A stretch of DNA of 64,000 bases from Chthoniobacter sp. (GCA_031424375.1 JANPHH010000146.1:5148-69147); one strand, 5' to 3'. Counted from the stretch's first letter, positions 32,262 to 43,050 are shown. Made by a program: numbers and translations. Notes: generated from the sequence alone by a model not told the origin.

Positions 32262-33758
32262 CTAGAGCATGAAGCCGAGGTCCGTCGGATAGGATCCTCC
32301 AAATCGGGTCAGGTTCGGGAAGATGTCCGTCATGGTCGAGCCGGTCTCGACCCCGAACCACTTCGCGAGCGTGGCGGAGTATTGGTCGACTGAGGTGCTC
32401 GGAATCCAGCGACCGAGGCCCGTGTCGTCGGGGCCGTTGATTGCGAAGGTCGGTAGCTTGCCGTAGGTCAGTCCTCCTTTAACCGCTCCGCCCATGATAA
32501 GATGATGCGAGCCCCAGCCGTGATCGCTGCCCTGGCTGTTGGTGGGGAGCGTGCGGGAGAAATCGCTGGCCGTAAATGCCGTCACTTTGTCGGAGATGGT
32601 CAACTGCTCCATCGCTCGCTGAAAAGCATTCATGCATTCACTGACCTCGTTCAGCAGCGTATAGTGCGCGCCGGCTGGATTGGTCGGTTGGTCGGTTCCG
32701 TTCACCGAAACCTGCGAGGTATGAGTGTCGTAACCGCCGACCTGGCAGAAGAAGATCTGGCGGTTCATATTGAACTTGCCTGTGATCGCAGCGGCCGGCG
32801 CCTGGGCTCCCCGTGCCTGAATCAGACGGGCCACCATTTTCAACTGGTTGCCCAAGGTCGTGTTTGGAAACGGAACGGTCCAAAACGTGTCCAAAGCGGT
32901 GGGCGTTATGGCCGTGTTCAAATCCTCCCCGACTTTGAGCGCATTCTCGACCACGTCCGCATAAGCCCCGCGTTGGAGGTTCGAATCGGACAGACCGAGG
33001 ATTTCCTTCATCGCCCGGACGCGTGCTCCGGTGCCGGTCATCAGGTCTCCACTCGTCACCACCGCGCCGGTGGTGGAGACTTGGTACTGCGACACGAGAT
33101 TGCCGATCTCAAAAGTGTTCGCCCCAGTGACCGAAACCGACATCGAAATTTTGCCGTTCACGTTGGCGCTGGCATTCAGCAGGTCGGCGATCCTTCCACC
33201 CCAACCGGTGAGCGGCGGCGCATCAGGGATGGAGGTCTGCCACTGGGTCACCTGATCGCTGTGGGAGAAAAGCTGGGGCGGGGTGTAATACTTTACGTTG
33301 GCGAGATAGTTCGCGCGGGTCGTCGGGCGCACCAGAGTGCCGACATTAAAGAGCACCGCAAGTTTGTCTTGACCGAAGAGGGTCTGAAGTTCCGGGCAAC
33401 TGGGGTGAAAACCGTAGGTGTGACCCTGAGCATCCGTAAAGGGGGTACCCGAGGTTCCAGTATTGTAGAGGTTCAACAACGAACTCTGCGGAATGGAGAG
33501 ATTCGCGCGGATCGATCCGTAATCTGCATACGTGGTCGTGTCAGTTGGCACGATCCAGTTATTGGCGTCATTCCCGCCGGCCAGGAAGATGCAGACCAGC
33601 GCCTTGTAGCCGCTGACATTATTCGCCGCGACAGCGGAGTTAATCAGCCGGAGGTCCCGGATGGTATTGGTCAGCGCCAGGGTGCCGACAGCGGCACAGG
33701 AAGCCTGCCGGATAAAGTCGCGCCGCGTGCGGAGGTGGATGAATTTGTCGGAGCTCAT
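32262..33758 (-). CDS. DUF1501 family protein with twin-arginine signal (copy 2), ~498 aa
   Basis: Start MSSDKFIHLRTRRDFIRQASCAAVG. Same motif set as copy 1. Confidence 0.92.
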   Translation of the reverse strand: MSSDKFIHLRTRRDFIRQASCAAVGTLALTNTIRDLRLINSAVAANNVSGYKALVCIFLAGGNDANNWIVPTDTTTYADYGSIRANLSIPQSSLLNLYNTGTSGTPFTDAQGHTYGFHPSCPELQTLFGQDKLAVLFNVGTLVRPTTRANYLANVKYYTPPQLFSHSDQVTQWQTSIPDAPPLTGWGGRIADLLNASANVNGKISMSVSVTGANTFEIGNLVSQYQVSTTGAVVTSGDLMTGTGARVRAMKEILGLSDSNLQRGAYADVVENALKVGEDLNTAITPTALDTFWTVPFPNTTLGNQLKMVARLIQARGAQAPAAAITGKFNMNRQIFFCQVGGYDTHTSQVSVNGTDQPTNPAGAHYTLLNEVSECMNAFQRAMEQLTISDKVTAFTASDFSRTLPTNSQGSDHGWGSHHLIMGGAVKGGLTYGKLPTFAINGPDDTGLGRWIPSTSVDQYSATLAKWFGVETGSTMTDIFPNLTRFGGSYPTDLGFML

Positions 33759-33763
33759 GTGGG

Positions 33764-36700
33764 CTATCGCTGGATGGTGTAATCGGGACTGGTGAGGATG
33801 AGATGGACGACGGCGCGGAGTCGGTCGCGGATGTTCGTCGTGGACGGTGACGAATTTGTGTAGGGGATGATCCCCAAGGTCGAACTGGTCAGAGAGAGAC
33901 CGCTGGTGCTGCTGCAGTTGAGCGTGGTGGACGTGGAAGGATTTGTCTTCAGTGTGAGGGTGTTGGCGTCGGGCACCGTATTCACGATGAAGGTGCCATT
34001 GCCGCTGCTCGAAGCGCCATTCCACGTGCCTCCCGAAATGCCCGTGATCGTCACAATATCGCCCACCTGAAGGCCATGCGGGACGGAGGAGCCGGTCACT
34101 GCGTCCTTCAAGGTAAACGTGCAAGGCGATCCCGTCGTGACGGAGAGGATTTCCCTCCCGACGAACTTCAGAATGGCGGTCTTGGCGTTTGCGGGCAACT
34201 GCCCCGCCATCAGCAGCGTGTTTAAGCGGTCGATCAGGGTCGGGAGATTGGCGTTACTGGTCCATCTCTGGCCAGTTTGCTGTCCGGTGCCGAGTGCGCC
34301 ATTCCCGAGGATGAACCCGACGGTGCCGGACGAGTTACTTGCATTCGCCATGAACGGGCTGACATCCAGAACCAGCGCATTGGTCCCTGACTTGAAGCTG
34401 CTGATCCCGGTCAGGTTGTCCGGGTTGAAGAGGCCATTGTAGATGAAGTTGGCCTGCCGGATGACGGTCGTTTCCGAGGTCAACTGGAACTCCGGAGTGG
34501 TGATGCCCTGCGAGGCGAGGGTTCCCGAGTACTTATAGTCGGGCAGGAAGTAATTGAACACCGTGGGCGAATTGAGCGGGGTCTGCTGGAGATCCGAATC
34601 GGTGTTGTCCAGCGTGTAGGTGCTTTGACGGGCATTGGCGGTTCCAGCCCGGATCAGGGTTTGCGCTTTGAGCGGGAAGACAGTCACTCGGTTGTCACTG
34701 CCCATCGCCGCGTTCGGAAAATCCCGTGCCTGGACGGTGAAGGTGTTCGCGTCGGGCACTCCTCCGATGGTATAAACGAGGTCGTTTTCCGTCGAAGTGG
34801 GTGATCCCGAACTGGAGTCTCGAGTATTCTGGAAGTTGAGGAACACCTGATCACCGGCCAGAAGACCATGATCTGCCATCGTTCCAAACGTTCCTGCGCC
34901 TCCGTAATTGGTATCAATGGTGATCGTTCCCGCCTTGCCCGTTGAAGAGTAACTCCCGCCAAAGCGCGCAATCATAACGTTTCCACTCCGGGTCGCACTA
35001 TCGGGCGCGGTGATCGTGAATGTTGAACCGGAATAATTTCCATCGACGGTCGGGAGTGTCTTTGTATTCGAGACGCCGCTGGCGATATCATACGCGGTGG
35101 ACGTAACGACCGTCCGGACTGTCTGATCAAATCCGGCGAATCCATTCAAGGGGCCGCTCGTGAAGTCGAAGTAGGCTCGTCCCTCGTTGTCTGGAGCGAG
35201 GTTCTGCGCACCGCCGAATACGTTCGTATTGTCGCCTGGCAGCCAGTGTCCGCTCATGTTGACCGTGATCGTCGTCCCGGATTGAGTGTAAGTGCCGGCC
35301 AGCCAACCGGGCGCCGCAATGGCGTAGGTGGTGCTCGTCGGAGTTGGGTTGGTCAGCACAGCATATGTCCCGGAGGGCGGCGCCGGCTTGGCGGGGTCAC
35401 CGGTCGTGTCGGTTAGATCGAGGAAAATATTGTCTCCGGTCTCGAGCAGATGCGGCGTGGCGGTGGTGATCAGGATGTAGGGTTGCCCGGAGGAGTTGAG
35501 CGCCCCGGTCTGAGAGTAGGTTCCGGTGACACTCGCAGGCCGCAGAGCGCGCGCTGCATTGGCGACACGGAGGACGGGTTCGCGCTGTTTGCCATACGCT
35601 GGAATCCCCACCTGATTGCCGCTGCGGGCTTCATAGTCGAGCAGGATGGCCTTGACCACGGCCTTCATGTCGCCACGCACTCCGGAACCGTTGTTGTTAA
35701 ACTTCTGCACCACCCGATAGAGGTAGTCCCGCGATGGGTTGCTCGTCACCATGCGCTGGATGAGCTGGCGGCAGATGAACGGCCCGGTGTTCGGGTGGTT
35801 GACAAGCATGTCGTGTGCGGTGACGATTTCCTGCCCAGGCAGAGCCTTGTAGGCAGGATCGCTGTACTGCGTGCTCAGGTGCGTCGCGTAGGGGTCGAGC
35901 GGTTGGCCGCCCACGCTCGTCAAACCGGGCATCACTTCATTATTCAGTACTCGCTTCGGGCCGGTGAAGTGGCGGGCGGGAACTTCGCGCATTTGCCGGG
36001 TCCAGTCGCTCGGGGCATTGAAGGACGTGCGGAAATCTCCATCGTATCCGTAATACCAGCCGGTGAAGACGTGGGCGAGGCCCACAATTTCCCTCTGCGT
36101 GTAAGTATCGATCGGGGAATCGGTCGACGTCAGCATCAGCGTTCCATCCGGCCACATCCGGTAAAGACCGATCGAAAAGAGCTGCTTGATTTCGCGAGCG
36201 TAGTTTTCGTTTGGGCTGCGGCCGATTGCCAGGTCGGGCTTGTCATTGCCGAGCATATCCAGATAGCGGCCCATGGAGGGGGTGAGCGTGGTGTCGGTCA
36301 AGGTGTTCTTGAAATTGCCGAAGGCGTTCGCGGCCAATTCGTCGTAAAAGTAGGAAATCGCGCGGGAGTTATCCTCCAGCGGCCCCTGCCCGGATACGAC
36401 GTGGATTTGACTCAAGGCATAAGCGACCCGCTGGCGGAGTTGATCGGGAGCGGTCATCGAAGTTTTCCACCAGGAGTTGAAGCTGATCTTGACGTCAAAC
36501 GGCCCGAAGACATCGGCAATTTCCCGCGCCAGCGTTTCCGGCAGGTGCTGCGTAGGCCCGAGGAGGAATTGATTTTCGATCCAGGTATTGTAGCGGCTGT
36601 TGGGGATGCCCGCGGTCGCGTCCGCCCCAGTTGCAGCGACTGATTTTAAGTTCGCAATATCCGCGGGATTCGCGCCGAAGCTCGCCTGAGCCAGGAAGCG

Positions 36701-39700
36701 TGACGCTCCATTGCTGGTATTGCTGTCGTCTGCCCACGTGGGAGGCGCCGGGGGCGGCGTAAAGGTGCGCGTGCCGTTGGCCAGTGTGAAATTACCGCGG
36801 ATTTCACCCGCCGTATTCAACGCGGTGTGGAGGTTGATGTAGGCTTTGCCTTGTTTGATGATCTCGCGGATATCAGCCGCGGAGAGCCCGCCGACCGGCA
36901 GGATGAACCACTTATAGCTTCCATCCGGTTGCAAACCGCCACCCAACGTGGTCTGCGCCGTTCCGGGGGTGTCGATGTCGAAGACAATCGTTGCCGGATT
37001 CGTGAGATAGGGATCGGTGTGGATATGTTCGCTCGTGATGGATCCCGACAGCCCGGAGTAGGTTCGACGCATGATCGCGTAGGATTCGTCCTCGCTCAGA
37101 CGCAGGGTCGCGCTCCCAACGCCAGTGAGCGGGGTGGTCGGGGATGGTGGGACGGCGCCGACTTCCGGCAGCATGGTTGCCACGTAGAGCGTTCCGGGGG
37201 TTGAACCGGGGGCAGGCGCGGAATACGGCGAGAGCACATATCCTGGCACGACCCCGCTCGGGGTGGCGGTGGATTCTCCCGGCTTGGACCATCCGACGGC
37301 GAGGTTGTCCACGCCGTCCCCGCTGCTCCCCGCCTTGTGCAGGACTTCGAAGTAATACTTTTTCCCCTCCTCCAGGGCGAGCCACGCGGATTTCTGCGCC
37401 GTCTGCCCGGCAACGATCCAGTTCTGTGGCGTGGAGCTGCCCGCCGTGAGCCAAGCCCGCTTGAAAGCATTGATCGGCTCGTCGTCGTTCGAAATCCAAA
37501 GTTCGGCGGAATTGTTTGCCGCGATCCAGAAGTAATAATTCCCGGAGACTGGCGCGGTGATGTATCCGCGGATCCGGGCGCCGTAGTTGTCGCCGATGTT
37601 GGTCGGTCCATCCAGTGACGTGAGCGTCGTGGTTCCGCTGGGCGTCGTGGCGGTGGGAATGAGCGAGACATCCGTCCCATTGACCCCATTCCAGTATTCA
37701 CGCGCCACGCTTCCGGCATTGGCGTCCACATGCAGATTCAGAACGGACTTGCTCGTGCCGGCGGAGTTGGTCGTGGTAACGATGACTTGGTAGTCACCCG
37801 ACGTCCCAGTCGGTGGAGTGCCACTCAGGAGCCCTGTGAGATTGTCATAGTTCAGCCAATCCGGTTTTTCCACGGTCACTGTCGCCCCGTTGCTCCCAGC
37901 AACCTGATAGGAGAAGGGGCCTCCGACGAGGGCCGTGGCGTAGGTCGGAGCGACGTGTGAAGGAGGCGCCTGTGGCACCGATGCAGGGTAGAGTCGCTCG
38001 GCCGGGATAACCTGCTTCGGCTGGCTGTTGCTGAACCAGGACAGGATGCACTTCGCGAGCTGGGTATTTTCGTAGTAATCCAATCGAATGTCGTAGCGGA
38101 CTCCACCCACCATGGGGATCCGCACGTAGCGCTCGTTGCCGTTCGTCGACCATTCCTTGAGCGACTTATTTACGATCTCCAAGCTGACGTTGCCCACGCT
38201 GGCATCGGCGTACTTACTTGGGCCGATATTGACGGTGAAAGTGGTGGGCGTGATCGCCGTGATGAGGGCGTCCCGGGTATCGTTGAGGTTGATATTGCCC
38301 AGAGCGTTGATTTTGCCCGTGCCCGCGGTCGGAGCGGCCGTGCATTCCACCGGCACGGTAAAGGTATTCAGCCCGGTGACGGTGATGGTTTGCAGACCGT
38401 TGATCGCGGTCGTGAACGTTCCCCCGGTGACGCCACTGATTCTGACCAGCGCGCCAGTGGCCAAACCGTGATTGAGAGCGGTGGTGATCTGACAGTTGGT
38501 CGCGGCAGCGATGCTCGCAACATTCGTGGTGGGAGTGAAGGTTAGCGTTCCGGCATTGACCGTGAAGGTATTCCCAGACACCGCCGTGATCGGATAGGGA
38601 AGATTTCCCAGCGGGCTGAGGCTGCCACTCGTGGGATCAATCTCCACCATCTCCCCGACAAGGTAACTTCCCGGCGTCCGTGTGGCGACGAGGTTCGTGT
38701 AGTCGACCACTATATTCCCGTTCGTCGGGTCGTAGTCGTAGGTCAGTGACGGACTCGGGGCGTGACTCAGATTGCCTGAAGCGAAATCCACCCGCGCTGT
38801 TTCACCCACGACAAAACTATTCGCGAGAGCGGCCAGCCCGGCGTAGTTCACCACCACGTCGCCGGTCGTCGCGTTGTAGGTGTAAGTGCTCCCGGTCGAA
38901 TTGGACGTAGGCAGCACCTTAAGGACCTGCGGCTGCCCGTTGATCCAAAGCGCGCAACTGTCATCCGCCTGGACGACAAACGTATAATCCTCCGAGAACT
39001 GCGGCTGAACCTGACCCGTCCAGCGGGCGGAAAAAGTCTCCTTGGCGATCAAGGCCGCATCTGGCGAGCCAGCGCCGAAGATGCCGTTGTTACCTTGATT
39101 CGGTCCAGCGCCCTGGACCGAGACACTGCCTGCCCCGCCGTTGAACGTTGTGTTGGCATAGACGCTCTGGATCATCCCGGCCGTGGTCGAGGCCGCGTTG
39201 CCCCATTGCACAGCGGCGCTGCTCGCCTGGGTCGGCGCTCCCGCGATGGCCACCGTAAAGGTCGTCGTGGTGGGGGTAGTGAGGACTGGATAGGTCCCGC
39301 TGTAGTTCGCGGTTTGACCAAAAAGGGCTCCCGCGCTGAACCACAAGGTGGCCGAATCGGTGTTAGCCACCAGATTGTGCGCCGTGGGCGTGGTCACCGT
39401 CACGGTCCCGCCGCTGGAGAGATAGCTCGATGTCGATGCGTGGGTGAAGAGGTGGGTCGAAGGGATGTTCGCGAAGGTTCCTCCGTCGCGGCTCCATTGG
39501 ACGCGGCAGCGGGCTGAGTCCGTGGTTTCCACATGCTCGATGCGGATCTTGTAACGCTGGGCGGCCCCGGCTGGAACCACCAAGGCTTTGGATGCCCCGA
39601 TTTTGAAGGTGCCCACCACTTCAGGATTCAAGATTCCGTCGATCGTATCCCATCCGTGCTCGACGACCTGTTCCCCCGGAAGATCGAACGTCCCGTTGTT

Positions 39701-41278
39701 GTTCAAATCCACCAGCACCCGAGCCTTGTCGTCCGCATCGAGTTGGAACCGGTATCCGCCCGCGGTCGTAGGGGAAAGATAGCCCTCATACACGGTGGAG
39801 TAGTTGTCCAACACCGTGGTGGGCGTCAACGATACATCATTGGGCGTTCCGTAGGCCCAGTCGAAGTTCACCGTCGGGTCCACTCGCGTGATGACCGCCG
39901 GGTGGGGTGAGGATTGGAGGCTAAAGCTGCAGGTCTGGTTGCTGTAGCTTGTCGGCAGCGTCGCTCCGGAAATTCCCACGGTGAAACTCACACCCGGATT
40001 CACCGCCGTAACGGTGTAAACCTGATCGTCGAAAGAAGAGCCGTTCAGCGCCCCGCCGTTGAAGCTGAGCTTCACCATGTTGTTTACCAAAATGCCGCCC
40101 AGGGTCGTCGGCACAAGGATAGTGCTTCCGTTGTAGGGCGAACTCGTCGTGCGAGTGTAAACGAAGTTTCCCCCAGACGGCTGCCCAAAATTCGCCGCAT
40201 CGAACTGATTCGCGCTGGAAGTGTCGTAATACCGCGCCAACAAGCCGGTGCCCGTGGGCACGGTCGAGGGGTTGATGATGACGGTCGCAGTGGTGGGGCT
40301 GAAGGGAAAGTCACTGCTCGAGGGGGATGCAGTGGTCGTTACCGACCGCCCCCCTTTCAGCGAGGCCTGAACCTTGGGATTGACGAAAATATCCTGCGTC
40401 AAGACGCCCCGGGTGTTAAACACGACCGAGGGAGGAAAAATCTGGGTCGTCGTGCTGTTCATCGTCACTTCGTAATCGGTGCCGACGACCGCCGTGCTGG
40501 TATTGCTCACGTTCAGATTCACCGTGATCGGAAAGAGATCCTGTGTGCGGCTCACCATCAGCCTGCCCGCCGTCGGACCATCCTCGGAGGCAAACGGCTC
40601 TGCCGCCGAGATCGTCACGACATTGGGCAGGGCGACCTGCTGAGTCACGTAGGCGAGCGCGGTCATCGTTCCGGACGTTCCTAGATTTGTTTCGGCGACA
40701 GTCGGGTTCAATGACACCGCCTGCTCCGCCCAATCACTTACTCCATCCCCATCCGAGTCGGTATCGAGCACGCGGACCCGGTAGTATTTATTCGCTGCGA
40801 AGGTTGCTATGAGCGTTTTTGCTCCACCATCACCGGTGACCTGCGGGGACCCTTGCGGGGCCCAAGCGCTCGGGTTGCCGATGTCCGTACTGGTATCCAC
40901 CCGGTAGATTTTGCCGTTTTCCGTATCGAAACTAAGCGTGACCGTCGGGCTCCCAACCGTCCCGGACTTCGCGATACTCTTTACCTTGATGGTTTTGCTG
41001 ACGCTGAACGGGTTCGTTCCGGCCGCGAGTTCGTCGCCATTTTTGGCGCCATCCTTGTCGTCATCCGCATTCAGCCAGGCGGTGTTGAGGGTCGGCGCGA
41101 CCCCGTTCAGAAAAAGTTGGGCATCCGGCACCCCATATTTCAATTTCCAAATCTGAGCGGTCGCAGTGTCGTCGATCACGGCTCGCGCCTGGGTGCAGAG
41201 AACGAGGAAGAGCAATGCAGCGAAGACGCGCATGGAACAGCGAACGAAGCGGGATGATTTAGGGTTCATGGAACTCAT
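33764..41278 (-). CDS. Giant secreted DUF1800 protein (copy 2), ~2504 aa, same architecture as copy 1
   Basis: Start MSSMNPKSSRF, as in copy 1. Colinear domains. C-terminus RLRAVVHLILTSPDYTIQR. Confidence 0.92.
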   Translation of the reverse strand: MSSMNPKSSRFVRCSMRVFAALLFLVLCTQARAVIDDTATAQIWKLKYGVPDAQLFLNGVAPTLNTAWLNADDDKDGAKNGDELAAGTNPFSVSKTIKVKSIAKSGTVGSPTVTLSFDTENGKIYRVDTSTDIGNPSAWAPQGSPQVTGDGGAKTLIATFAANKYYRVRVLDTDSDGDGVSDWAEQAVSLNPTVAETNLGTSGTMTALAYVTQQVALPNVVTISAAEPFASEDGPTAGRLMVSRTQDLFPITVNLNVSNTSTAVVGTDYEVTMNSTTTQIFPPSVVFNTRGVLTQDIFVNPKVQASLKGGRSVTTTASPSSSDFPFSPTTATVIINPSTVPTGTGLLARYYDTSSANQFDAANFGQPSGGNFVYTRTTSSPYNGSTILVPTTLGGILVNNMVKLSFNGGALNGSSFDDQVYTVTAVNPGVSFTVGISGATLPTSYSNQTCSFSLQSSPHPAVITRVDPTVNFDWAYGTPNDVSLTPTTVLDNYSTVYEGYLSPTTAGGYRFQLDADDKARVLVDLNNNGTFDLPGEQVVEHGWDTIDGILNPEVVGTFKIGASKALVVPAGAAQRYKIRIEHVETTDSARCRVQWSRDGGTFANIPSTHLFTHASTSSYLSSGGTVTVTTPTAHNLVANTDSATLWFSAGALFGQTANYSGTYPVLTTPTTTTFTVAIAGAPTQASSAAVQWGNAASTTAGMIQSVYANTTFNGGAGSVSVQGAGPNQGNNGIFGAGSPDAALIAKETFSARWTGQVQPQFSEDYTFVVQADDSCALWINGQPQVLKVLPTSNSTGSTYTYNATTGDVVVNYAGLAALANSFVVGETARVDFASGNLSHAPSPSLTYDYDPTNGNIVVDYTNLVATRTPGSYLVGEMVEIDPTSGSLSPLGNLPYPITAVSGNTFTVNAGTLTFTPTTNVASIAAATNCQITTALNHGLATGALVRISGVTGGTFTTAINGLQTITVTGLNTFTVPVECTAAPTAGTGKINALGNINLNDTRDALITAITPTTFTVNIGPSKYADASVGNVSLEIVNKSLKEWSTNGNERYVRIPMVGGVRYDIRLDYYENTQLAKCILSWFSNSQPKQVIPAERLYPASVPQAPPSHVAPTYATALVGGPFSYQVAGSNGATVTVEKPDWLNYDNLTGLLSGTPPTGTSGDYQVIVTTTNSAGTSKSVLNLHVDANAGSVAREYWNGVNGTDVSLIPTATTPSGTTTLTSLDGPTNIGDNYGARIRGYITAPVSGNYYFWIAANNSAELWISNDDEPINAFKRAWLTAGSSTPQNWIVAGQTAQKSAWLALEEGKKYYFEVLHKAGSSGDGVDNLAVGWSKPGESTATPSGVVPGYVLSPYSAPAPGSTPGTLYVATMLPEVGAVPPSPTTPLTGVGSATLRLSEDESYAIMRRTYSGLSGSITSEHIHTDPYLTNPATIVFDIDTPGTAQTTLGGGLQPDGSYKWFILPVGGLSAADIREIIKQGKAYINLHTALNTAGEIRGNFTLANGTRTFTPPPAPPTWADDSNTSNGASRFLAQASFGANPADIANLKSVAATGADATAGIPNSRYNTWIENQFLLGPTQHLPETLAREIADVFGPFDVKISFNSWWKTSMTAPDQLRQRVAYALSQIHVVSGQGPLEDNSRAISYFYDELAANAFGNFKNTLTDTTLTPSMGRYLDMLGNDKPDLAIGRSPNENYAREIKQLFSIGLYRMWPDGTLMLTSTDSPIDTYTQREIVGLAHVFTGWYYGYDGDFRTSFNAPSDWTRQMREVPARHFTGPKRVLNNEVMPGLTSVGGQPLDPYATHLSTQYSDPAYKALPGQEIVTAHDMLVNHPNTGPFICRQLIQRMVTSNPSRDYLYRVVQKFNNNGSGVRGDMKAVVKAILLDYEARSGNQVGIPAYGKQREPVLRVANAARALRPASVTGTYSQTGALNSSGQPYILITTATPHLLETGDNIFLDLTDTTGDPAKPAPPSGTYAVLTNPTPTSTTYAIAAPGWLAGTYTQSGTTITVNMSGHWLPGDNTNVFGGAQNLAPDNEGRAYFDFTSGPLNGFAGFDQTVRTVVTSTAYDIASGVSNTKTLPTVDGNYSGSTFTITAPDSATRSGNVMIARFGGSYSSTGKAGTITIDTNYGGAGTFGTMADHGLLAGDQVFLNFQNTRDSSSGSPTSTENDLVYTIGGVPDANTFTVQARDFPNAAMGSDNRVTVFPLKAQTLIRAGTANARQSTYTLDNTDSDLQQTPLNSPTVFNYFLPDYKYSGTLASQGITTPEFQLTSETTVIRQANFIYNGLFNPDNLTGISSFKSGTNALVLDVSPFMANASNSSGTVGFILGNGALGTGQQTGQRWTSNANLPTLIDRLNTLLMAGQLPANAKTAILKFVGREILSVTTGSPCTFTLKDAVTGSSVPHGLQVGDIVTITGISGGTWNGASSSGNGTFIVNTVPDANTLTLKTNPSTSTTLNCSSTSGLSLTSSTLGIIPYTNSSPSTTNIRDRLRAVVHLILTSPDYTIQR

Positions 41279-41437
41279 GATTCTGCGGGAGGGGATCACG
41301 TGACGAAAATCGCGGTTATTCTGACAATTAATGCTACCAGCCGGTAGCTTCGGATGCCTCACAGCAACGCTGCATATTCCATCTCGGGAGCAGGGAAATG
41401 ATCATAGTGCAGGGGGGGGATTGAAACGACACTGGCA
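41279..41437 (-). promoter_or_regulatory. Conserved leader/promoter of DUF1800 copy 2
   Basis: Homologous to 30928-31078. Confidence 0.55.
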
Positions 41438-41709
41438 GATCCCTGAGCGGTATTATTCGCTGTCGGAAAAATCGTTGACCAGTGCCCGGAAAATATGGAT
41501 CGCACTGGAAGAAGCAAGCTAATTTTCGGCGCACCAAGAGGTTCCGCGATGACGATCTTGTCACTTGATCGTGACCCGATGCTCGATGCTCCGAGGAGCA
41601 ATCCATCGATCGGCCTGGGGCGACTCCTTCCAGTTCCTTTGTCTCGGATTTGGAATTCCAAGCGTTTCCCGCTCAGCGGACGCGCCTTTTTTGGAAGATA
41701 GCCGGGGCC

Positions 41710-43050
41710 TTACCCCAGGTCGCCCAGCGCCTGGTCAGCGTCGCCGAAGTGCTCGGTGCGCACCCCCATGCGGTCCATCAGTGCCATGTGCAGCCGGCAG
41801 AGCTTGCGGTTTTCGTCCTTCGAATAATCGAGCATGCGGCCACCGCGGATCGTGCCGCCGCCGCCGCCCGCGAGGAGCACGGGGAGTTGCTGCGATTCGT
41901 GCGCATTGCCGTCGTAGAGGCTGGAGGTGAAAAGGATCATGCTGTTGTCGAGCAGCGAGCGTTCGCCTTCGTTGGTCGCGGCCATCTTTTGCAACGCCTC
42001 GCCCCAGAGCTTCATGTGGTGCTGGTTTACGCGCTGGTAGCGGTCGAGGCGGTCGGCGTCGTTGGCGTGATGCGAGAGTTCGTGGATGCCGCCCTTCACG
42101 CCGAGAGCGCTGAAATTCATGTTCGAGAGATCGTTGTTCAGCATGAACGTCGCGACGCGGGTGCGATCCATCTGGAAAGCGAGGACGAGGATGTCGAACA
42201 TGAGCCGCAGGTGCTCCTCCGGATCGGCCGGGATGCCCGCCGCGGGGCGCGGGAATGTGGGTGCCTTCACGCTCGGCTGCCAGCCGGCGCCCGCGGTGTT
42301 GAGCTTGCTGAATTCATCCGCCTTCTCGATCCGCTGCTCCAACTCGCGCACGGAGGTGAGGTATTCGTCGAGCTTGTGCGCGTCCCGGCTGCTCAATCGT
42401 CCACGAAGCGTCTTCGCGTCTTCGTTCACGATGTCGAGCACGCTCCGGTCGCGCTTCCGCTGCGAGCCGTCGTCGAAGAGCTGATCGAACGCCTGCTGGG
42501 GGTAAATCTCCTTCGGCGCCGGCGTGGTCGGGCTGCTCCACGACACGTAAGCCGAGTAGATCGAAGTGTAGCCGCTGTCCGTGCTGTATTGCGGCCCTTC
42601 CGTGCCGAGCACGAGGCTCGACATCGGCGTTTTTTTCCCCACCTCCGCCGCGATGATCTGGTCCATCGTCGTGCCTACCTGCACATCCGTCGTCGTCTGC
42701 TTCACCGTCAGGCCGGAGAGCACGTTCATCTTCGGATAATGTCCGCCGGGGCCCGCGACCGTCGTCGGATTCCACAGCCCCCTGAAGACGAGCAGCTTGT
42801 CCTTGAGCGGCTCCAGCGGGCTGAGCGTTTTCATCAACTCCATCCCGCCCGGCCCATTGTTCGCGCCCCAGTGGTTCGGATTCACGCCATTCCCCATGAA
42901 GCACACGGCCAGCCGCCGCGGCGCGCCGTCCTTTGCGCTCGCCGCGCCCCACGCGTTCATGGATTCCAGCCACGGCAGGCTGAGCGCGACGCCCATTCCG
43001 CGGAGGAAGTGGCGTCGGGAAATCGAGGGATCGAGGGTGCGTTGATTCAT
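41710..43050 (-). CDS. DUF1552 (HXXSHH) family protein with Tat-like signal, ~446 aa
   Basis: Motifs SRRHFLRGMGVALSLPWLESM, TMDQIIA, RSVLD, D..KLDEYLTSVRELEQRI, HELSHH, LPVLLAGG. Confidence 0.92.
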   Translation of the reverse strand: MNQRTLDPSISRRHFLRGMGVALSLPWLESMNAWGAASAKDGAPRRLAVCFMGNGVNPNHWGANNGPGGMELMKTLSPLEPLKDKLLVFRGLWNPTTVAGPGGHYPKMNVLSGLTVKQTTTDVQVGTTMDQIIAAEVGKKTPMSSLVLGTEGPQYSTDSGYTSIYSAYVSWSSPTTPAPKEIYPQQAFDQLFDDGSQRKRDRSVLDIVNEDAKTLRGRLSSRDAHKLDEYLTSVRELEQRIEKADEFSKLNTAGAGWQPSVKAPTFPRPAAGIPADPEEHLRLMFDILVLAFQMDRTRVATFMLNNDLSNMNFSALGVKGGIHELSHHANDADRLDRYQRVNQHHMKLWGEALQKMAATNEGERSLLDNSMILFTSSLYDGNAHESQQLPVLLAGGGGGTIRGGRMLDYSKDENRKLCRLHMALMDRMGVRTEHFGDADQALGDLG

